Shown here: positions 54,740 through 64,000 of the stretch, one piece after another | Numbering within the stretch: position 1 is the first letter of the stretch | How the letters are laid out: every line of letters starts with the position of its first letter | Source of the DNA: Octopus vulgaris | Lineage: Eukaryota | Direction of reading: 5' to 3' | Assembly (NCBI GenBank): GCA_951406725.2 | Contig: OX597816.1 | Location: forward strand, 34,534,001 to 34,598,000 | DNA length: 64,000 nt | The notes under the pieces: generated by a model | Seen by the model: only the letters and a program-made list of their open reading frames with translations | Databases searched by the model: none | Told to the model about the DNA's origin: nothing | Made by a program: the position numbers and the translations under genes

Positions 54740-56940
54740 CAGTATCATAGCCAAGCAGTCATTAAGCTAAAGGCTAATTCACTGAGGTAAATATAACATT
54801 CGTATTTGATACAGGTTTTAAAAATACCATATCAGCCTAAAGCTACACTGTATCAGATTTCCAGACGCAGCATTTCTGGCACTTTATCTCTCCTTAATCA
54901 TACCGAAGAGAGGTATCTCTGAGCAGTTTTAAAGCCGTAGCTTTAACTGAAACATTGTAAGCAACATGAACAAAGTTGCGCAATGAAGCCGACCGGTCCG
55001 GGTAAATTAGCAGTATCAGTGCCAGGCAGTGATTAGGCGTGACTAAAATGATTTATTTCACAAATATATATTAACTTATATTTAATTACCACTTGAAAAG
55101 AAACACTTTTTGGAAGCATTCACATATTATATATTAACTGCTTATGACAAAATGACCAGTTATCACAGAATTGCTAGTTCATATATTTTTCCCATGTTCT
55201 GTTTAGGGTTCAGTTTAACGGGTAGCCTACTAAACTTTGATAGTCAATTTATCATCTCCTCCGTAGATTAGGTATAAACTTTTATATATTTACTCGCTCC
55301 GCTTCAGTTCACGAATTCTTAAGAGAAACAGTTGTGTTTTATGGACTAAAAAGGAATTGCAGTCATCCTTATTTTATGATTCCGAAATTTCTTAATATAC
55401 TCAGTTTTATAAATTTAATAGTGCAATTTTGTTTGAAATATTTCACAGGATTTGTATACAATTTCTAGTTGTGGCAAATAGTCTAAATTCTCAGTGTAAC
55501 ACTTCAAACTGTCCCCAAACTGTTCGTAGTTTAATTAAAACTACAACCATTAATCTACAATAGGTTACAACAATGTGCTTTAACAAGAAACCAAAATGCT
55601 TACTATTAAATTTCAACAATTATTAGAGGCTTTGGAATATGTTCGCATCACTCTGTCCGATGTAATTGCATATTTACAAATCTGGTACTCAAGGTCAAAC
55701 GATGGAAGCGCAGATGACTATTCACTACATCATAAATATCATTCATGAGTATCTCAAAGCGATACAGTTATTTCGAATTTGATCATAAATTTACAAACTG
55801 TTCAATAATAATTTTAAAGACATTTTCATATATAAAGGGAAAATAATAATATAGCTATAATCAATAATGTAGTTATTTATATTATTTAAATTGATGCTTA
55901 CAAATCCCTCCTAAGATTATATCTGTCAATTTCCCTTAAAACAAATAAATGTGTTTGTAATGTTTTGAAATGTACACTCAATAAATGCTTAATATATTAT
56001 TATATATGCCTTTTCTCATGCCGTTTCTCATTCGGCATATTTTCGCTATAATTATTTTAAATAGAAAACAAATATTTGTTTTAAATATAAATCGAACAAT
56101 ATCAATAAATATTTAGCTATCTGAGGCAGTTAGAAGATACTGTGTTAATTATAGATTTCGAATGCGTATAAAAATATTTTCATTTTGCGCAATATTTCTC
56201 GAACCCATTTCAAATGAAATGGTAACTGCATGATTTGAGCAACATTATCATATACCATTAACAAACATAGGAATTATATGTAATCCAACATATAATGGTT
56301 AATGTATACCAGGATACTTGGGGATCGATTTTGACAACACAGTGAAAGTTAATGAATTAGATCTTTTCCGTGTTTGATTCTACTGCGCAACTCACCCGGA
56401 AGGGTTTAGATGGAACAAAATTGTTTCTAACCTATGAACATGTGAAAGGGATGTTGTGGGTTCATTCCAATCATAGGGATTCTGTCCTAATGCAAGTCAA
56501 GCTTTAACAACACCAGCTGTGCTTTTGAAGATTCACTGTTGAAAGCATTGGGATATGCGTCCATCAGACGACAGCTTCTGATTTTCTCCTTGAGCTTTTG
56601 TACACCACGAAGAGGGACACACTGGTTGCCCATTCTTCTCAAACTTCCACAAAGGGATATTATCTCCGGCATAGAAATACCGGAAGATACAATGCCGTCA
56701 ACGGTTGTAAGACACAGTTATTTCAAAACATCGAGTGATATATATATATATATATGAAAAATAAAGAAGGGTAAACATACTGAATCGACAGCTTCAAAAC
56801 ACCACCAATCTTACGATTAATATACACACGTGCAAAGCAATGAGCAATTTAAATATAGGCCTACCTTCAGGATGGAATATGAAAATGAAAAATACATATC
56901 CCAATATCAATTGATTTCATGCTCTACATGCAAAACATGC

Positions 56941-57469
<529 letters not shown>

Positions 57470-59431
57470 TTACATGTATATATACATTTATGTAGGTATT
57501 TATATGTGCATATATTTATGTGTGTGTACGTATGTATGTATGTGCTTAATGCAGTCTAAATTGTAGAGTGAGAAGAGTAAATGAGGTGAAAATACTTAGT
57601 CTATTGCTGTACAGTTTGAAGAGTTGTGCAACCTAGGTTTTTGCATTATTAGCGAGAAAACATATACTTATGCTTTTTACTACTTTTATAGCATTATCTT
57701 GCACGAAGCCACTATTTATTGCTTACTATATCTGTTGCGTGTATTCTCTGAAGTGTTACCTCTTAACTGATCTACTCACCTCTTTCACTGTTATATGTCA
57801 GCTGCTGTATCAATGGATCCTATATGAATACTACCATTCCATAAATATTTTTTCCCTTATGGTTATTTGCATTTTATTTTAGAGTTGCGACTTGTTTTGA
57901 TATGTGGTATTTCCCTAATCGTAAAACCTAGCATTAATGATGTAGTAGGATTGGGAATATTCACTCTTTGATAAAGATTTCTCAGCTTTATTGAGTTTCT
58001 ATGCCGCTTTACTTTGCATACACTATTTGTTATTTCAAAGATTTTACTTGTAAATATAAGATATGTAGAAATCGAAAGGCGTGCGAAAATAGCTTACTGA
58101 AATATGCCAATATCGATTGGTTCGTTTCAAATGAATGTGGTTTTTATATATTTTATTACTGCTTGATGATTGCGCATAACTGTTACTTTTATCGATATTT
58201 ACATAATTCCATATGGCTACAGAAAGCATGGATTTCATTTGACTTTCCGCTTAGTGCAACGCTCCTATTTTTATCCATGCTAAATGGTTTTCATAATAAA
58301 CGTCTTGGAGTATTCCAAGCTTTCTATCGCCGTTTTTCAGTGATTTATGTTCAAATCGTTATGTTTCAATACATATTTTGCAAAATATTTCAGCTGAGTT
58401 TATAGATGGTCCATCTCCCAACTTTGGGGTCAATGGTTCGTATGATATTAAGTTTCTTGAAAACATTAATAGCCACAAAAATGTAGCTGCTTTTTTCAGG
58501 TATAAATCAAATAATAGAAGACTACCTATCACTTTATACTTAATTGCTAATTTGCGGTGAGTTAATTACCGTAAAGACGATGTGGAGCATGACATTCATT
58601 CAGAACTGATATATAGTGTGCCAATGTCTAATAGAGGCTAATATGAAAAGGCAGCTATGCAGGGATTTGGCTTTTTTTTTACTATATTATTTCTTGCTAA
58701 ATGTTAGAGCATGTGACCTTCAGAAAATTTTTTTTTATATAAATGGAGTTTGGAAAAAAGGTTATAAACAGGGAGTAGATACTCTTTCAAAATTGTTGCC
58801 GTTGATACCTTAGCTTAGATCTGTATTGATGAAGCAAATTTCTGATCAAATGAAATTAGTTACATGCACTAAAATATTTAGTATACTTTTATGTATATTG
58901 TACACTAGAATGCATTTGCTCCTTACAAATCAGGCACACACGCTCGCACACACATAAACACACACACATATATAGCAGAATTTGTTGAAAATGCACCTAA
59001 ATTAGAAAGACTGGTATTTGCTTTTAAATAAATGTATTTACATACCAAACTACTTTCAATAATTTTTGGTTTATTATTGCTAAAAAAGGTATGAGATTTT
59101 AAAAAAAATTTGCCAAGTAGAAAACATGTTTAAAAGATTAAATGTTCACAAAAAAATATAATAATATCAAAAATGATCGGCAAAGAATATTAAAAAAATG
59201 GATCACTAAAAGTTCGGTCATACTGACCAAAATATAAGTCCGTTTTTACTTCGGTATGTAGTATATCTTCCTTTCATTTCGTTTCGTTCACGATACTCTT
59301 CCATTGACTCGACCTTGGTGCTTTACTGTTTAAGGACCGGATTCACTTGAATATATATGTGAGCGTATGTGTACGTGTGCGTGTGTGTGTCTATGTATAT
59401 GCATATGTGTATACACACACGTGTAGATATA

Positions 59432-59565
59432 TCTTCCGAACAACATATTTTTGGGCTCTCTCCCACTGCGTGACACCTAGGGCACGTGGCTTCCTCTATA
59501 GCATCGGGGCGACGAAAGACTTGGGAGTGGATTTGGTTGACGGTAGCTGAAATAAGCTCTTCGTG

Positions 59566-59598
<33 letters not shown>

Positions 59599-59866
59599 AT
59601 GTGTGTGTGTGTATGTGTGTGCGTGTGTGTGTGTGTGAATTATATATCTATGCATGTATGTGATTGTGCGCCTGCGTTTGTCCCTCCCCCACTAACGCTT
59701 GACAACCGATATCGGTGTATTTACGTTCTAGTAACTTTGCGGTTCGGCAAAATACACCGATGGAGTAAGTTCTAGGCTTACAAATAATAACTTCTTGGGT
59801 CGTTCTTTCGACTAAAGGCTGTCCTGCAGCATGCCCGCAGTCAGTTGACTGAAACAAGTAAAAGGA
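59432..59866 (+). mobile_element. SINE family A, degenerate copy
   Basis: TCCCACTGCGTGACACC, GTGGATTTGGTTGACGG, GCGGTTCGGCAAAA and the tail GCAGTCAGTTGACTGAAACAAGTAAAAG. Confidence 0.85.
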
Positions 59867-59895
59867 TATAAGAATGCGTGTGTGCGCGCCCGCAT

Positions 59896-59956
<61 letters not shown>

Positions 59957-60129
59957 GAAGCACAGACACACACATATATGTAACCAAACATGTGTGAAGG
60001 GCTGAGAAGATGAAACTCTATGTACATTATCATATAGCCAACCCTATAAGCTCCGCATATGAACACTTGCAATACGCACCTCACGTAAGCAACTTAAAAC
60101 GAATTCCAAAGCATATACCAACTGTCAGA

Positions 60130-61300
60130 AAGAAAGCGACGTGTACTTTCTTATTCATCCCCTGATTTAAACCAAAACTGACAATCTATATTCTTATCGA
60201 TGTAGTAAATTGTTAAACACATTTCAATATGGATACAATTGCCATATTATTACTGTCAGGAAAATTTGCCAAAACGCTTCTATAAACGCAATTAGAAAAT
60301 CTATATTATTGAAACTTTACAAGGAAGGAGACTCCTAAAATCTCTCCTACAGTCTTTCTTCTTTCTCTTTTATTTCACACAAATATCTTGTCCTGCAGTA
60401 GGCAAGAAAGTAGAACCCACCTGTGCTAATCTTGTCATGGCTTATACAAAAGTTCAACTTAAGGAATACTTCTGATTAAAGTGCTACAATTACTTCCATA
60501 CATACTCATTTGGCAACAGAAAACGCTACGTGGTCCAGAGTTTTACATCTGGATATATCATCAGCATCGAACTATGAGTTTAGAAGTCTAACTAATAATT
60601 TAAACCACCGCATCCAATTTACAATGGTATAGAGTCATAAACATGTGCCTTTGTTGATGACCTTCATCAGAAACTTTGGAACTAAAATTTTCTGAAAATC
60701 AAGATGCTCTAAAATTATCTTCCATTTTCTTCCTGTCAACCACAACATAGGAAAATAAATATACCTTGGAAGAAGAATCTTTACAAGTGTATACAATATC
60801 GAAGGCTAGGAGAAACTTTTGAAGAACTTAAATGTACATTACTTGAAAGATAACACCGAGTAACTTTAATCAATAGAAGAATAGAAGAAAAGAACATACA
60901 AAAAAGACAAACATTTAAAAAGTTACATAAAGTAAGATATGCCATGATACACTAGATTCATCATTTTATATATCAACGCATACTTGAAAAAATACAGAAG
61001 CATACAGAATCATTTGCCATAATATCCCATTTCGATGAACGAAGCAGGGATGACAACTTGCACACGTATTTCGCAAATATTTTTGAGTATAGCACAACCA
61101 GACTATGTACAAATGCATAACGTTAAATATTTTTACAAAAAGATAATTCGTAACTTCAAATCGTATAGCCGCCCTATTAGGAGACTTCACATCAGCGCCA
61201 TTGAGAGATTTATATATAGATTTAAAACAAGGACAATCATTTAGCATTAAGGATACTTTCACGCATCCATCAAGATTTTTTATTATTATTATTATCAAAT
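60130..61300 (+). mobile_element. Highly decayed Penelope-like element (RT/thumb remnant)
   Basis: AVGKKVEPTCANLVMAY (cf. AMGTKxAPTYANLVMAY), NRKRYV (cf. WKRYLDD), HRIQFTMV and LPFSSCQPQHRKINIP, parallel to motifs in the 15-17 kb PLE. Confidence 0.7.
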
Positions 61301-62024
61301 GCAATGGATATAATGAAGGCTACAAAGAACTACCAGAATTTAATCTGAAGCACAGACTGACGGTCTGCTGAAAACAGTTCCGAGATGATCCCAGTGCCAG
61401 AAGAGTAGCTGGTTGTATAGACGTGGATCTTTTTAAAATTAACCAAGAAGCTAAATAGGAACTCTTCCCTTTATATTTATGCATACTGGACACTTAAATC
61501 TAAGTCTGTTTATGTAAGCTAAATAACTTGTTTCATCCATTAAGCTGGCACCATGCTGCGGAACTGCCTTTGAAGATTCTTTAGTAGAATTAATGAACTT
61601 CTAAACACTTTGAGACGCAGACACAAATATAATAAGATCGACAGAAGTAGTTTTATAGCAAAAGTTAAAATGTATTACCACTTAAAATTGACCGATGTTT
61701 TAGAGGACACTATAATGTGACATTTCCCCTGAAAGAATCCATCATGTGGGTTTTTTGGTGCATATAAGCACTCCTGTTTATCTCGCTAGCGGGAGGCAGT
61801 CATCGCCATTGCTGCTGCCAAGACTAGCATGTCGCGTGATTTCGGCTTTTTCTTAGTCTTGTCTATGGTAGATACTTGACTGATGGAAACAGCAGTAATT
61901 GTTCTGCTAGTCATATACATATAATCACAAAGCCCAATCAGGCAGTGGTGCCGCTGAAAGCCAGCCGGTTTATTAACATGTAATTAAAGTGACACACACA
62001 CACACGCACACATATCTATATATA

Positions 62025-62619
62025 CATCGTTGGTCAAAAGTCACCTGACGGTAAATCAAAATCATTTAATTCCAAGATTCATATATACTCTTTTACTTGT
62101 TCCAGTCATTTGATGTGGTCATAATGGAGCACCGCCTTTAGTCGAGCAAATTGATGCAGGACTTATTCTTTGTAAACCTAGTACTCATTCTATCGCTCTC
62201 TTTTGTCAAACCACTAAGTTACCACTGTTGTCAAACGATGTTGGGGATCAAACACAGACATACAAACATAGAAACACACCTACACACGGGCGCGCGCACA
62301 CACACACACACACATCGACTTAAGGCTATAGTAGAAAAAACTTGCCCAAGTTGCCACGCAGTGGAACTGAACCCGAAACCATGTGTTTCGTTAGCAAGCC
62401 ACTCCTGCGCCTATTACCAGACAACCACTCCTACGCATATATGTTTAACAATTGAATGAGACTTCGCTAATAAGCAGACACATGTTGAAAAAAAACGGTG
62501 ATTTTAACACACAGTATTCGATTATTAAACATTCATAATTGGAATGAGCAAGTAAAATTGACTATTAAGTATTTATGGAATCTTGATTTAATGTCGGGTG
62601 ACTTTTTGGCCAATCACTC
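62025..62619. mobile_element. Tc1/mariner-type MITE containing a nested SINE A (62088-62436, minus)
   Basis: TIRs ta|CATCGTTGGTCAAAAGTCACCTGAC ... GTCGGGTGACTTTTTGGCCAATCACT. The SINE tail CTCTTTTACTTGTTCCAGTCATTTGA starts at 62088. Confidence 0.75.
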
Positions 62620-64000
62620 CGTGTGTGTGTGTGTGTGTGTGCGTTACATAATTCGATCAGTTTCTTTGTCCTAAATCCACTCAAAAGATTTGGGATGTTT
62701 TAAGACAAATGCCCAAATTGAGATTTGGCTATGTAGTTGGGAAGCAGGCTTTTTAACGCACATTCCTGTGTGTTTTCTTTTGACGAATTATAAACGTAAA
62801 CTTTATAACATCAAATAAACACAAAACACAGCTAAAAAAAGCTGTTAGCCACATAAAATACTAAAAGCGACCAGAAAATTGATACATTAGACTTCCACCG
62901 AGATGCGAAATCCAAACTTCAAACGAAGGTTTAATCATAATTTCTTTGTGTGCTGACGCCACCCGAGAATTAACCAATCGAAATGCTTTGCATTGAAACA
63001 CCCCGTGAAGGAAAGAGCGAAACATATTCCAGGTGATGAGAAGTCAAGAAAGAAAACAAACAATGTCCTCTTTGAATCAGACGAACAGAAAGATAGCTAA
63101 CAGTGAAACAGAAACAAATCAATCTGTCAAACAAATGACACCTTCAGACACTCAACCTGACAAAACGCTAGACTACTGTCGGAAAATGACAAGTCAAATG
63201 AACGTATATAAAACGAATATTTTATCCATGCAGTTAGCCAGAAACCACAATGGTCGACCGACGGACAGAAACAAAGAACTACTTCAGTAAGCGTCCAATT
63301 TGGACTTGAAATTATGTCTTGAAATCTATATAAATAATGCAATATCAAATTGAAAAATACAGCAACGACAATTTTTGAACAAGTGAACAAATGAATAACT
63401 CTAACCCACAGCAAACGACAAAGCTGGTAAATAAGTTTTTTCATTTAATTTTAAATATTTATCATATGTATTTCTAACTTAATTAATTTATATAAAACTT
63501 ATAGAACATTTAAATTGCTATCCTGTATTATTCCTATGCATTTTATCAAATGCATTGAACTTGTATATTATTCTATGGTTGTAAAATATATTGAACACTA
63601 GAATTCCATCGTGTAATTTTGCTATGAAACCTATGGAACGGTTTATCGGTTTAAAAAAAGGATGTTTTATATGGGTTCCTTTTCTTCTAAATTTACAAAT
63701 TACTTATCAGTTCCCTATCATTGAAAAATAGAAACATTTTCAAACTGGTACGGTTGATTCAGAAATTAATTAAAAGCCCCATGTGCATTTCCATTCCCGA
63801 ACCAACTTCCTTATACATACAAACATGAATATGCTACTAGAAATCTCACACACGTATATATACGCGCATACATATATCTAGCTATCTACCTATCTATAGA
63901 TGGATGAATAGCAAGCTAGCTAGATAGGTAGATAGATATGCATGTATATACAACCTGAATTCTATTTCAGAAAGATACAATTGCAATTTTCACTCAAGAG

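Noticed and set aside
56780-56876. Minus-strand ATC-CTGAAGG...GAAGCTGTC-GAT hammerhead-like trace beside (TA)n
   Set aside because: Both core halves are altered and there is no stem II, so it is too degenerate to support without a consensus.
63033-63290. 85-aa hydrophilic ORF
   Set aside because: No recognisable domain. It may be a LINE ORF1 relic, but I cannot support that from sequence alone.

Overview
AT-rich, microsatellite-dense eukaryotic (animal) non-coding DNA. The tRNA-derived SINE families look like octopus/cephalopod repeats (my recognition, not a database result). I find no intact host protein-coding gene, and nearly all ORF-track entries are microsatellite translations or transposon debris. 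The window holds five decayed Penelope-like element (PLE) coding remnants (RT and/or GIY-YIG), RTE and R4/Dong LINE fragments, mariner and maT transposase relics, TA-flanked MITEs, and many copies of three or four SINE families. The main signal is a set of type I hammerhead-ribozyme (HHR) motifs at 19.6, 43.2, 48.6, 52.9 and 54.6 kb, plus degenerate ones. Each lies in a different non-coding element in or next to a (TA)n tract, and each has its own palindromic stem III. Two have long hairpin insertions in stem II, two sit in inverted-repeat (fold-back) structures, and one degenerate HHR lies inside a tRNA-headed SINE. This suggests a diverse set of non-autonomous, retrozyme-like elements mobilised by PLEs. 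All folds were read by eye and cleavage activity is untested.
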